From: Diadema antillarum
Taxonomy: Eukaryota
NCBI RefSeq assembly: GCF_040938485.1
Contig: NW_027270896.1
Location: 5,270,001-5,334,000, forward strand
Length of the DNA: 64,000 bases
Direction of reading: 5' to 3'
Numbering within the stretch: position 1 is the stretch's first letter; every line of letters begins with the position of its first letter. Shown piece by piece: positions 33,685 to 45,958 of the stretch. A model generated the notes under the pieces. That model searched no databases. It worked only from the letters and a program-made list of their open reading frames with translations, and was not told the origin of the DNA. A program made the position numbers and the translations under genes.

Positions 33685-34525
33685 CTACTACATACAACAT
33701 CTCAGTTGCATCTCAAGGCCTTATCTCCCACTCCGCCGGGCCTTGCTTTGGAATAATGGTATCTATGAGCCAACAAAATAATGGAGAGTTCAAAATGTAA
33801 AAACAAATAATGTATAATCCGTTTATCAATTTGAAATATGTAAAATCAAATCTGCTGTGAAAAATAAAAATGATGAAAATATAATTTATATAATTATAAC
33901 ATAATTTCAGTAAATCTCTAAAAATACTTCTTGTAAAAAAAAACTCTTATTTTCTCTCTCTATTTGATGATGGCTTTGATTTAAAAGCAGTGTTAAAAAG
34001 GGCGTTTTTTTATCAAAACTCTTCAGATATCTTATTTAATTATTGGTATTTCCAAAAAAAAAATAATAGTAAAATTAACGTATGTTGTAATTATTTCACA
34101 GCGGGGAGCAATTCTATCATTATCTTTTAGTCTAAGTTATCATGTACTTTAAGAAAAAACTGAGCATATACATATTGGAACATCTAAGACCACGTTCTCC
34201 AGAGAACTTCTGGCTATTAAGAAAAGCAGAGTGGCTGATGGAACCGTCGAGATTTCTCGTCCACGATTCAAGATTTCCTTACACCTGCCCTCGTTTTTGT
34301 TAAGAATGCACATGTTTATACAGAAGTATATTACATACACCTTCCACCTGATAGCCCACAGTGAAACGAAAGGAGACTATCTCTAAAGTTAACTCATTTA
34401 ACTATTACCACTTAAGGAATTGAAGCTTTTTTTTTCCTTATAAGAACATAACTTTACTTTTAACGGTTGTGTAAATTCTTTGATTTAAAGCCGACGTGAG
34501 GTAACGATTGTTTAATTTTGCTTTC

Positions 34526-35647
34526 TCAGATTAGGCCACTCACGGCCGAAGCATTAGTTATCTGCGTACCAACCCCTAAATAGTGATCGATGCCCTGATC
34601 AAAAAGTGGCAACTTCGTCTTGGACAATCCTTTGGTGAAGACGTCCTTGATGGCCGTGCGAAACTTAGGGTACCGAGCTGCGTAAATGAAGGGATTAGCT
34701 GTCGGGTTGATGAAAGCAAAAACGTTTAGGACGTAGTAGAGAGGGCTGAACAAATGGGATCTGATGGTTCCACGAAGGCCTGTTATCATAAACATCAGGT
34801 TACTTGGACCCAAGCTGAGGATGAAGACTGCTACTACGGTAGCCGTCATCTTCACGATGTTGTTGCGAGCTGTGAGGTGAATGGACGGGACACCACCTTT
34901 CTGAGCAGACAAGACGTTCTCCAGTTCTTTGTGCTGTCGATGTAGAACCAAGGCGGTCAGGACCTGCGTAACGACCATGGTGAGCACAGGGAAACCCACG
35001 CGAGAAAAGAAGAGATAGATAGCAATGTCAATTTTCACATTCATCGGTTTTGTGTCCTGGCACCTGTTACCTATGACTTCAACTTTTAAATTTTGCGCAG
35101 AACCAGGAATGGAAAGTACGCCAACGACGGCCAGGAAGATGTACACTCGTCGCTTCGTGATGACATGGTGACGGTGTAGAGGATATGCCACCGCCACGAA
35201 ACGCTCCACGGACATGCCTGCTAGGATGTAGGCAGACGAGAAGGCGAATATCCACAACAGGTAGCTTGGGTATATCACCTTGCAGTATAAAGAACCTGCA
35301 ATCGTATCTGGCACGCGCTGAGCCATCGGAACTGGGATCATTACCACGGACGTCAAGAAATCGGCCACCGCCAGTGCCAAGATGAAAACATCCATAGAGT
35401 ACCGGGCCGTCTGCCGCCCGGCCAGGACAAGAATCACCAGAAGGTTACCGATACTTCCTACCAATGAAAATATCAGTTGTAGCAGGTTTGTCCAGGACCA
35501 TGTCATGCTCCACACCCATTCGCTGGTCTCCTCGGGGATATTTGGAAGGGTTGCCATGGCAGGATCTGTCGTATCCATCTCTACCATCATCGCTGTGTAT
35601 GAAAGCGTGTAAGAAGTATCTGAACGCGTTTGTGCTTCCATTAGCAT
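34526..35647 (-). CDS. Class A GPCR paralog 2 (373 aa; 371 aa from the conserved ATG-GAA at 35641)
   Basis: Intact ORF with GNLLV, LAVADF, YCKV, MSVERF and INPTANPFIY motifs; highly similar to paralogs 3 and 4. Confidence 0.95.
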   Translation of the reverse strand: MLMEAQTRSDTSYTLSYTAMMVEMDTTDPAMATLPNIPEETSEWVWSMTWSWTNLLQLIFSLVGSIGNLLVILVLAGRQTARYSMDVFILALAVADFLTSVVMIPVPMAQRVPDTIAGSLYCKVIYPSYLLWIFAFSSAYILAGMSVERFVAVAYPLHRHHVITKRRVYIFLAVVGVLSIPGSAQNLKVEVIGNRCQDTKPMNVKIDIAIYLFFSRVGFPVLTMVVTQVLTALVLHRQHKELENVLSAQKGGVPSIHLTARNNIVKMTATVVAVFILSLGPSNLMFMITGLRGTIRSHLFSPLYYVLNVFAFINPTANPFIYAARYPKFRTAIKDVFTKGLSKTKLPLFDQGIDHYLGVGTQITNASAVSGLI

Positions 35648-37517
35648 GAAGTCACCATGATGAGTGAGTTAAGGCTTTGAATCTCTGGTAACGGTTAGGT
35701 GAAATGTTCGCCCACGTGAAAGAATCCACTTTCCACCCTAACACTTGTAGTTGTATCTGTTATCCTGCGATGGGTGATAAGGAATACAGCATACAAGTTA
35801 CACAAACATTTACAAAAAATAAAATAAAACATAGAGGATGATACAGCTGTTTCGTAACACTGCATAAAAGTGATTGTTTCATTGAATTTTCTTTTAGCAG
35901 CTTTCTAATAAAAGTTGTCTCTAGATAAAAATCATAAAGCTCCAAAGGTTTAGAGATTTACATCTTAAGAGCGTTAACCATCTTCAATAATATTGATGTC
36001 AAATTATTGATATTGGACAAATGACCGCAGTTGCTGACTACACCTTTATGTGCTAAAGTAGAAATAAGAAACAGTCACACAAAACAAAAACAAACATCTT
36101 AAGTTTCTGTGGAAGAACTTTTTGTTTGCCCTGAACGATGTATACGTGGTTAGGGGGGAAATGCAACTATACTTCTTATTTTGAAGGCATCATCCCATGA
36201 AGTTAGCGTTCGCGTGATCTTTCCGGCCCAGCCTACATTGTACATTACCAAATGAGTGGAAAATACGATTAGGTGATCCTGTTTTTTAAATATCCTCTGC
36301 TTTCGAGAAGAGACGTTCTTCATAAACACTGATAATAATGAGCGTAAGTGGGTAAGTTGAAGAGGCTGAATTCTCCTTGTCAGTAGTCAGAATCAGTCAC
36401 TAGTATATTAATTTGGTTAAAAGAAACTGCATTGCGAAAACTATTTGTTTTCTCAGAACAAACGCGATTCGATGTTATATAAATGAAAATACGTCACAAG
36501 TTTTGAGCCCATTTAGGTATGTGTTTATTTGTTAAAACGTTGAATTACAATTAGAAGTAACGTATGTGAAGGCATTAAGAAGCGAGAAAACCTCATGCAT
36601 TGTCCAGACATTCTGTCCTTTGTGATTTTGGAAACAAACAGACTCATTTCTATTGGGTGATTCCCTGAATATGGATTTATCTGCAATCCCACTATTTCAA
36701 AATTCCGATCGAGCCTCATTTCCACGTTTTACAATAGTCAATGATAGTCATAATATAAACGGAACCCTTGATACAATACTGTGTCACGACCACACAATGA
36801 CATATTGCTGACTTGCACGACGGAATGCAAAGAGATGAACTTTCGTCAAGTTTGATGGGTAGATAGCAACTAACTCTACTGATTGATGTAAGTGATTTAA
36901 TTAATTAAAACTTGATAACATTGAAAACATAAACAGTACAAAGGGATAAACGACATGTCTTCAGTAAAGGCTTGTAGGGTTTGGATACGACTGTGTTGTA
37001 CCTTTACAATAAATGGCAATTTTGCAATCAATGGTAACTAGTATTCTATGGTAATAATCTATTATAACCTATAGTATTAAACAGTATTCCATAACCAATG
37101 GTTACCGTTGATTGCAGAACTACCATTAGTTGTGAAATTATCTTAGTTTTACACAGCGTGATCCAGATTTAATCAGAGACCGACGGCTTGTCAGGAGATT
37201 TTAAATTAGATGTTATTGTAATCTATGTTGAATTAAGCATCCCTTATTGCAGGTTATAACTCGTCTCCAGGAAAGAACAGCACCTACATTACTACCATCA
37301 ACCTGATTAATATGATGAGATAAGTATCATAGCAAACATGCCAAACGTTAGAATTCTGTATCATCGCGAAAAGCCGAAGCCCTGACACGTTCATAAAAAT
37401 CGTGTGATGGTTTACTTTCCGGGGGAAAAAACATCGAAAGTGAAGTGCTTGAGGAGAATTTAGACTTCTCTGTTTGTCGGAGAAAGAATATGGACTGAGT
37501 CAAGGTTACGAGCATTA

Positions 37518-37755
37518 CCTCAACGTTGTCTCTGCTTTTGACCGTCTCTTCTTGAAGCAGCGGCATACCAGTTGAAATCTTTTACATGTCAGTCAGTGGA
37601 AACGAACATCATGTAATCATGGTTAATATAGCGGCAACCATAAATGAAATGGGGAGGGTGACCCTTCCCTTGCGCATGCTCACCTTGTTAGAAAAATTAT
37701 GGCATAGTACTAATATCAACCAACGCCCATTATGAGGTATACTTCAGGCATGCGC
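37518..37755 (-). promoter_or_regulatory. Predicted promoter and non-coding first exon of GPCR2
   Basis: Donor AG|GTAATG at 37518, TGCGCATGCTC at 37671-37681, second GCATGCGC at 37748-37755; acceptor CATCGCAG at 35765-35767. Block conserved in paralogs 3 and 4. Confidence 0.65.
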
Positions 37756-38324
37756 TTTCAGGTTGATGAATAATTTCGTTAAAAGCGATATCTAAAACAT
37801 TACAATGTATCCAAAGTGAAGATAATTTAACGAAAGGTTCTTTATGTAGTTATTGCAGAGGTGTATTTTTTTATAATTCTGTATTAGAATTTCGTTCAAT
37901 TTCATATCACAGAAACAGAAACGTTCACAGAAACAAAACAAAACATCATACAAAGACAAACTGCATTATGCACAAACATTGTACAAAATAACGTCAATCT
38001 TACACTATATAAGGACAAAATGCAGTAACACCAACATTGTGTAAACTCATGTCAAACTTACATTATAACTCTTTTAACCAAGGAAACAAAATCCGCTTTT
38101 TGCCTTTTTTTAAAGCACATAATTCTCGCAAAAAGCCCGCAAAACGGGAACATAATAAACAATTTGCTTAAAAACAAAACGGGTTAAGCCCTATATATCA
38201 TTGCTTATCAAAAAAAAAAAAACCCCGAGGCCATTTGCGAGAAAACATACACACATGAACACAGACACACCCACGCAACGCCAGCATGCACTCCCCCCAC
38301 CCCCACGTGCCTTCAGCCCTCAGG

Positions 38325-39088
38325 TTTTATTTACACTTGAATAACTCTGCGTGTAAATTGCCATTTTGTTTCTCTTATAATAAAATACATTATAATCATA
38401 AAGTGGCAATGATGTGGAAAAGGTACAAGCAATAGAGAGAAAAAACGACAACGATATGATAATAACTCGCAGATACGGCAAAATCAAGACAGAAAAAGAA
38501 AATCACATATCATCCTCGGTATGCATCTTCCCACTGTAACAAATGCATTGCAACTGTTCCTCTTTTACTCGCTATCTTATTTTCTTCTTCTTTACACATC
38601 TTAAAATACTTCATAACATCATTAAACTTTGGTACCTCCCTTTCTGATATCGCTAAATATAAAATATATTTAATTATCGATATAATTGTATTCCATCCTT
38701 TGACTTATAACGAGTTTCCGGATATAACTGTATAAACAACTTCCCAGTTCATATTTCTTAGTTCTTCTAAATTCAATTTTTGAATATTGATTTGCCAGAA
38801 TTCCTGCACTTCAATACACTCCCAAAATAAATGTAAATATGTCTCAGTGCTTTTTTTTTTTTGCAAAAAGAACATGCAGAGATCATCCGAAACAAACCCA
38901 AATCTCAACAGATTAACTTTTGTATAAAGTGCACTATGAAGAAGTTTAAACTGAAATTCCTCAAGCTTTGGTATAAGAGTTCTAACTCTTGGTCGGAGAA
39001 AAATATCTTGGGTTACTTTTGGGGAGAAGGCGAAATTACTCTTTTGATCTCGTACTTCCAAGGTATATAACTACTGTAAATAAGTTTT
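38325..39088 (-). mobile_element. L1/Tx1-type non-LTR retrotransposon 3' fragment (ORF2 zf-RVT C-terminus + 3'UTR); continues at ~40220-40290
   Basis: KLEEFQFKLLHSALYTKVNLLRFGFVSDDLCMF...ETYLHLFWEC...FW, then ENKIASKRG...HLLQW. Minus-strand AATAAA at ~38326-38331; SRKIYTHL lies on the far side of the inserted element. Confidence 0.85.
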
Positions 39089-40219
39089 AAACTAGAAATG
39101 TCGCTATGGCGACTGGTATGCCTCCGCCATAATGCATGATTCTCCTAATGGGTCTATAGTACATGTGGACAATGTGTGATTACATTTTCACAAAATTGGC
39201 AAAATATCAAAATGACATGTTTGTCACAAATGTATTGAATGTTTACCTTCCTTGACCTACACGTGTATGTTTAATTGGATGAATTGGAGGAGAGCATGTA
39301 TTTGGGGATTTAAGAACTTTAACTTGACTTTGACCCTTTCATAAGTTTATGCACCGAGTAATTTTCAAGGTATGGAGAAAAAGTGCAATTTCTGTATTGA
39401 ACAGTAAATTGTTATCATGTTCATCTGGCCTTTGATTTATAAGAGAATCACTGTCAGGCAGAACATACATAAATATGTACTAAGTTTCAAGATAACTTGA
39501 GCCACTTCGGAGATATGGAGAAAGAAGTAAGTTCAGCACTTTCACTTTGACCTTTTGACCTTTGACCTTCTTGGCAAAAAAAAAAAATCCCAGATAATTT
39601 CTATTGGGTTATACATGCATACATCAAGTTAAACAAAATAATCCTGCTGGCATTGCATAAATATAAGGAAAATAGTAAAATTTTAAAGTATTGCCTTGAC
39701 CTTTGACCCCTGACCTTTGACCCAATGAACCCTGAATTCCCTAGATAACCACTGCCAGTCAGTACATGCATATATACTATGTTTCATGAAGATACCTTGA
39801 ACAATTTCCAAGATACAGAGAAAAAAGTAAAATTTTGACACTTTACTTGACCTTTTGACCTTTGACCTTTTGACCTTATGACCCCAAACTTTCACCAGAG
39901 AATCTTAATTGGGTAATACATGTATACACTAAGTTTCAAGAAAATATCTATAGGCATTGCATAGATATGGGGGAAATAGTGAAATTTTAATCATTTGACC
40001 TTGACCTTTTGACCTTTGACCTTGAGCATGTGCACCCAAAAGTTGATAGGCACAACTTCACCCCCTAATACACATACATGCCAAGTTTCATTAGGATACC
40101 TCAAAAGGTTTTGGTAGTTACCCTGTCCACAAAATTCATTACGGACGGACGGACGGACGGACGGACGGACAACCCGAAAACATAATGCCTCCGGCACCAC
40201 TTCGTGGCGGAGGCATAAA
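39089..40219 (-). mobile_element. Helentron-associated non-autonomous element (HINE / DINE-1 / pearl-like architecture)
   Basis: On the minus strand: 5' subTIR TATGCCTCCGCCA with adjacent inverted copy (hairpin), (CCGT)n microsatellite, AGGTCAAAGGTCA core repeats, 3' subTIR, GTCGC-CATA-GCGAC stem-loop, CTAG end in a T-rich target. Confidence 0.8.
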
Positions 40220-40303
40220 GATGCGTGTAAATCTTTCGCGAAGGTATGCTACCAAACCTGATTTCTGTTCCATGTAATTTCAATAGTGTATGACATTTTC
40301 CTG

Positions 40304-40334
<31 letters not shown>

Positions 40335-40790
40335 CATGACTTACGTACACTTGTATTATCTCAATCTTTATGGGGTTGTTCCATGAAAACAGCACTGTGG
40401 ATGATAAAGAAACTTAAAATCGTTGATTTCGAATTTCAGAAGAGAGAGAGAGAGAGGGAAAGAGAGAAAAGACTGAGTCTTCGTTTACCTATTTCATGTA
40501 TATCATAAGCATCGACGAGGCTAAAGCTAATGTATTAAAGCTAATGGATGAATACGTGGCGGAATGCACATGTGCCATTGAAGGTCTACAACGGTACATA
40601 GCGTACATGACACCGTATTAAGAAAAAAATAATGGCTTTCGTTTAGACCTATCAACTTCACAGCTCATTGTGACGTAACCACTAATGGATCCTATGGAAG
40701 AACAAAATCATTATGATTAGTGAATCTAAAATTGGCAATCCGTCCATTTTGTTTTTTTTTTTTTCGGTTCATGTATGAGTATGTATTCTG

Positions 40791-40910
40791 CAGGGGCGGA
40801 TCCAGGGATCCTTTTTTTTCAAAACAAAAGAAATTAAAATGGGGGTTGTGAGCCCCCCTTTAATTTTGTAAAGGCACCCCCTCTTTACGGAATTCCTAGG
40901 TCCGCCCCTA
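40791..40910. mobile_element. 120-bp MITE, CAGGGGCGGATCCAGG family
   Basis: Right half nearly identical to 31995-32073; flanks TTCTG / TTCTA. Confidence 0.75.
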
Positions 40911-41228
40911 TTCTATGTACCTTCTAAAGTAAAATTGAGAATAGATTTTTGAAAATATTGATTTTTGTTATCAAGTTATATTGCCACATTCATTTGGTTT
41001 TCTATCGATTCATCATTAAGTTCAAATTGGAGCAACAACTTTCTCGTAATACCCAGACCGCAAATATCAGTGGAAAACTTAAGCAGTGGAAATTATCATA
41101 CTTTATTAACACTTCATCTAAATTTATTTCTAATTGTTGCTTCATCTTGGACGGCAAAGGAGTATTAAAAAAAAAGAAAAAACTATGTTGAAATAGATAT
41201 AGCCAACACCTACTCTCTCCCCCTCCCC

Positions 41229-41263
<35 letters not shown>

Positions 41264-41372
41264 ACTCTCTCGCTCTACACGTTATGTCGTTGCTTTTTCA
41301 TAATAGAGGGCATCAACCTATACTTCATCATTTTGTTGTTGTTGTTGGAGTTGTTGTTTTTTAAAGATTATC

Positions 41373-41922
41373 TTAAAGGACAATTTCATGTTGTTATGTG
41401 GGTTGAGTGAATGCAGCAACATTAGTAGAACACATCAAAGAGAGTTTGGGGAAAATGGGACAATCCATTTAAAAGTTATGAATTGTTGAAGTATCAGCGC
41501 AGTCAGTGCTGGATAAGAAGATTACGACAGTGTATGATGTCACATGCGTACAGCGATCTAATAAAAGTATAAGGAAATTCAACATGAAATTCATACAAGA
41601 AAAGAACATTTGACTTCCCTCTTTTTGAAGGCAAAGGGGAATAATATTGCCCCTAACATGTTATGTCAACGACAAGCAAATGAGCACTTCTTTTTTTCAG
41701 AGAGTAAAATTTTGTGAAATTCTCTTTATATTTTGTTATATTGTTCTACGCATATGACATCAAACGCTGTCGTACTCTTTTCATCCAGCAGGACAATAAC
41801 CTCTGAACGGATTGTCCAATTTTCCACAAACTTTCACCGATGTTTTCTGCTAATATTGCTGCATTCACCTAAACCACATGGACACTCTACATGTTGTATA
41901 TGAAGGTGGACTTGTCCTTTAA
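41373..41922. mobile_element. 550-bp TTAA-flanked palindromic element (TTAAAGGACAA...TTGTCCTTTAA), unit 3 only
   Basis: Long imperfect inverted arms (GAATGCAGCAACATTAG / CTAATATTGCTGCATTC); absent from the homologous site near 32410. Confidence 0.8.
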
Positions 41923-43772
41923 TATTTGCAATGTCTTGTACCAACTATCTCACCATCCATGATATGAACCTTATTTCTAACACCTGTCTAAGCAAGAGTA
42001 GTTTTCTGAAGTTTGTATGACAATGAATCCGTTTTCTGAGTGTTCATACTTGATACAATAATTGGTTTACGACAAAACCAGCATGCACCATTATGTTCAC
42101 CTAAGACACAGATAGGATAAAGCATTATTACCTGCGGACGTTGATCTATATATAAGCTAGCATACTTTAATCATTAAAGTATGCAGGTGGTTTTCCATCG
42201 TCGCACTCGACCGAACCTTTCTATAAAGGTTTCCTGAAATATAAAATGCATGTTCATCTGTGTTGATTTATGATACCCTCAACATCATTTTTGCGATGAA
42301 ATGAAACATTCCATATATTTTTAACTAATTTTTCGGATTCATTTTTCTTCATTTTACTTGGATACGCCCATAAAAAATCCTTCCAAACCAATATTCCTGT
42401 TGTGACCTCATTTGTCAATCATTGCTAAAGTATTGATAATATTAATGTCTTTCGTTCAACATATTATGTTTAACAAAAGACAATGGAATGCACCTTCCCC
42501 TCGATTCGGCATAACATGCATTTTTCTGTAATATCAGTGTGACTAACAAAATACATGGCGATTAATCGTTAGAGTTAAATATATGGAATGCTTCTAGATT
42601 TTCGTTTCACCGCAAAAGTGATGTTGAGAGTTTTATGAACCAACACAAATCACAATGCATTTGTTTTTCAAGGAACCTTATACGAGCCAACAAATTAATA
42701 CAGATCGAGTTAATATACATGTAAAACAGTGCATTTACTCAAGTTAATACTTAATATGTTTAATTTACGTTCATTTTTCCATCGGAGGTAGTAAGCTCTA
42801 ATTCTACCTAATTTCTGCTAACTTCTATAAAGCAAGGTAACATAATATGTGCGATGTTCTCTTCACACAGGTGTGTAAATTGATATCTGGCAAGACAGTC
42901 ATGCTGTGATAGTAATGTCAGCGCCCTCTTACAGAGTATATAGCTGTATGCTAAAGGGGAAAAAAGTTACACAAATTGAAAACTTGATAAGTCACATCAT
43001 ATTTTAGCCAACTGGCATAAATAATTCTACCGTCATTAATTCTACTTCAATATTTCTACATTCTACTGTCATTTTGTCTATTTCTAATAATTAGACTAAC
43101 CCGATACCACATACAAGATCTCCATTACATCTCAAGGAGCAATCGTCCTACTCTATCCCACGGAATATCCATTTTTATCGATTTGAAATATATGACATCA
43201 AATCTGCTGAAAAATGAAATAACTAAAAGTGAAAAGTGACAATTAAGATCAATATCCAAAGTCAAAATCAATATCCAAATATCCAAAATAACCTTTTGTT
43301 ATGTAACAAGTGCATTTCAATGAAAAGCTCTTTTATTTTCTATTTGATAATGGCTTTAATTCAAAAGCAGGCAAACTCTTCAGGTATCTTAAAAGACCAT
43401 AAAACGGAAGATAAAGTACGTTGGCATTATTTTAGGAAAGGCTGCGAATGATATATTTCATGATAAATCTCAACATATTGAGGTATCTTTGTCCATGTTT
43501 TACAAAAAGCAGAATGGCTGATGAAACCGTCGGAATCTATTGTCCATGATTCGATATTTCCTTACACCTTTCCACTTTATGTTTTGTTAAGAATACACTA
43601 TTAAACTAAACCTTCCATCTGATATCCTACAGTGACAGCAAAGATATCAACTGATATTACTAATACTTTACAAATTGATGCATTTCTTCCTCATAATTAT
43701 GTCATAATTTTACTTTTAATTGGTACGTAATTTTTTTTATTGTAGGCCGAAGTGAGGTTTAATTTTGCTGTC

Positions 43773-44894
43773 TCACATTACGCAACTCACGGAGGATGCA
43801 TTGGTTATTCGCGTACCGACCCCTAAATGGTGATCGACGGTCTGATCAAAAAGTGGAAACTTCGTCTTGGACAATCCTTTGGTGAAGACGTCCTTGATGG
43901 CCGTGCGAAACTTAGGGTACCGAGCTGCGTAAATGAAGGGATTAGCTGTCGAGTTGATGAAAGCAAGAAAGTTCAGGACGTAGTAGAGAGGGCTGAACAA
44001 ATAGGATCTGAGGGTTCCTCGAAGGCCTGCTATCATAAACATCAGGTTACTTGGACCCAAGCTGAGGATGAAGACTGCTACTACGGTAGCCGTCATCTTC
44101 ACGATGTTGTTGCGAGCTGTGAGGTGAATGGACGGGACACCACCTTTCTGAGCAGACAAGACGTGCTCCAGTTCTTTGTGCTGTCGATGTAGAACCAAGG
44201 CTGTCAGGACCTGCGTAACAACCATGGTGAGCACGGGGAAACCAACGCGGACAAAGAAGAGATAAATTGTTATATCAACTTTCACCTTCATTGGCTTTGT
44301 GTCTTTACAGGTGTTGCCTACTACTTCAACTTTTACACTATGCGCAGAAGCAGGTATAGAAAGAACGCCAACGACGGCCAGGAAAATGTACACTCGTCGC
44401 TTCGTGATGACATGGTGACGGTGTAGAGGATATGCCACCGCCACGAAACGCTCCACGGACATGCCTGCTAAGATGTAGGCTGACGAAAAGACGAATATCC
44501 ACAGCAGGTAGCTTGGGTATATCACCTTGCAGTATAAAGAACCTGCAATGGTATCTGGCACGCGCTGAGCCATCGGAACTGGGATCATCACCACGGACGT
44601 CAAGAAATCGGCCACCGCAAGCGCCAAGATGAAAACATCCATTGAGTACCGGGCCGTCTGTCGCCCGGCCAGGACAAGAATCACCAGAAAGTTACCGACA
44701 CTTCCTACCAATGAAAATATCAGTTGTAGCAGGTTTGTCCAGGACCATGTCATGCTCCACACCCATTCACTGGTCTCCTCGGGGATCCTTGGAAGGGTTA
44801 CTATGTCAGGATCTGTCGTATCCACGTCTACCATCATCGCTGTGTATGAAAGCGGGTAAGAAGCATCTGAATGCGCTTGTGCTTCCATTGGCAT
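43773..44894 (-). CDS. Class A GPCR paralog 3 (373 aa; 371 aa from ATG-GAA at 44888)
   Basis: Intact ORF with the same motifs (LAVADF, MSVERF, INSTANPFIY). Confidence 0.95.
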   Translation of the reverse strand: MPMEAQAHSDASYPLSYTAMMVDVDTTDPDIVTLPRIPEETSEWVWSMTWSWTNLLQLIFSLVGSVGNFLVILVLAGRQTARYSMDVFILALAVADFLTSVVMIPVPMAQRVPDTIAGSLYCKVIYPSYLLWIFVFSSAYILAGMSVERFVAVAYPLHRHHVITKRRVYIFLAVVGVLSIPASAHSVKVEVVGNTCKDTKPMKVKVDITIYLFFVRVGFPVLTMVVTQVLTALVLHRQHKELEHVLSAQKGGVPSIHLTARNNIVKMTATVVAVFILSLGPSNLMFMIAGLRGTLRSYLFSPLYYVLNFLAFINSTANPFIYAARYPKFRTAIKDVFTKGLSKTKFPLFDQTVDHHLGVGTRITNASSVSCVM

Positions 44895-45958
44895 TAAACA
44901 ACCGTGATAAGTGAGTTAAGGCTTTGAATCTCTGGTGACGGTTAGGTGAAATGTTGGCCAAGTGAAAGCATCCACTCTTCCACCCCAAGACGTAAAGTTG
45001 TATCTGTTGTCCTGCGATGGGTGTTAAGGAATATAGCATACAAGTTACATAAACACTAACAAAAAATATTGAGGATGATACAGCTGTTTCGTGACACTGA
45101 AAAAAAAGTGATTGTTCCATTGAAATCTCTTTTAGCAGCTAATCTAATTAAAGTTGTCTCTAGATAAAAATCATAAAGCTCCAAAGGTTTATAGATTTAT
45201 ATCGTATCGTGACCCTGTTTTTTAGATATCCTCTGCTTTCGAGAAGAGAGTTTCTTCATAAACACTGATAAATGAGCGAAAGTGAGAAAAAGTTGAAGAG
45301 GCTGAATTCTGCTTATCAGTAGTCAAAATCAGTCGCTAGTAACTTAATCTGGTTGAAAGAAATTGCATTGCGAAAAATATCTGTTTTCTAGCAACATACA
45401 TGATTTGTTGTTATCTAAATAAAAATGTGTTACAAACTTACCCTTAATACAATAAAATGTCACGACCACACAATGACATTTTGCTGGCTTGCACGACGGA
45501 GTGCAAATAGATGACGTTTCGTCAAGTTTAATGGGTAAATAACAATTAGCTCTACTGATTGATATAAGTGATTTGATTAGTTAAAACATCATAACACGGA
45601 AAAATAGATAGTACTATGGAATAATCGATATGTCTTTAGTAAAATATATAGCTTGAAGGCTTTGGATACAACTGGGTCCCGGCGTATAAACTATAGTACC
45701 TTTAATACAACTAATGGTAATTCTACAATCAATGGTAACTAGTATTCTATAGCAATGATCTATATCATAAGCTAAAAAACAGTATTCTATAACCAGTGGT
45801 TATCGTTGATAGAACTACCATAGTTATAAAATTAGCATAGTTCTAACACAGCGTGATCCAGATTTAATCATGCAGAGACCGACAGCTTGTCGGCAGTTCT
45901 ACTTTCTAATAAATATTGATAGGCCTACTTTGCAAAGATTCTAAATAAGATGTTATTA

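Larger units (their letters stand above)
32200..37860. repeat. Tandem duplication unit carrying GPCR2 (homologous to ~41130-48060 carrying GPCR3)
   Basis: Colinear non-coding homology on both sides of the CDS, from CTAATTGTTGCTTCATCTT (32200/41130) to CAATGTATCCAAAGTG...TTGCAGA (37860/48060). Confidence 0.9.

Noticed and set aside
40791-40910. This MITE and 31912-32073 as one ancestral insertion marking the duplication boundary
   Set aside because: Flanking direct repeats differ and the sequence between each MITE and the homologous block does not align.
43773-43790. Possible CaaX prenylation motif at the GPCR3 C-terminus (…SVSCVM*)
   Set aside because: The Cys is third from the end, not fourth, so it is not a CaaX box; it is also absent from the other paralogs.
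43827-44914. Plus-strand ORFs recurring in each GPCR (e.g. 43827-44192, 44432-44632, 44629-44859 and equivalents in the other paralogs)
   Set aside because: Antisense shadows of the GC-rich receptor CDS. They recur only because the genes are paralogous, and their lengths and stops vary.
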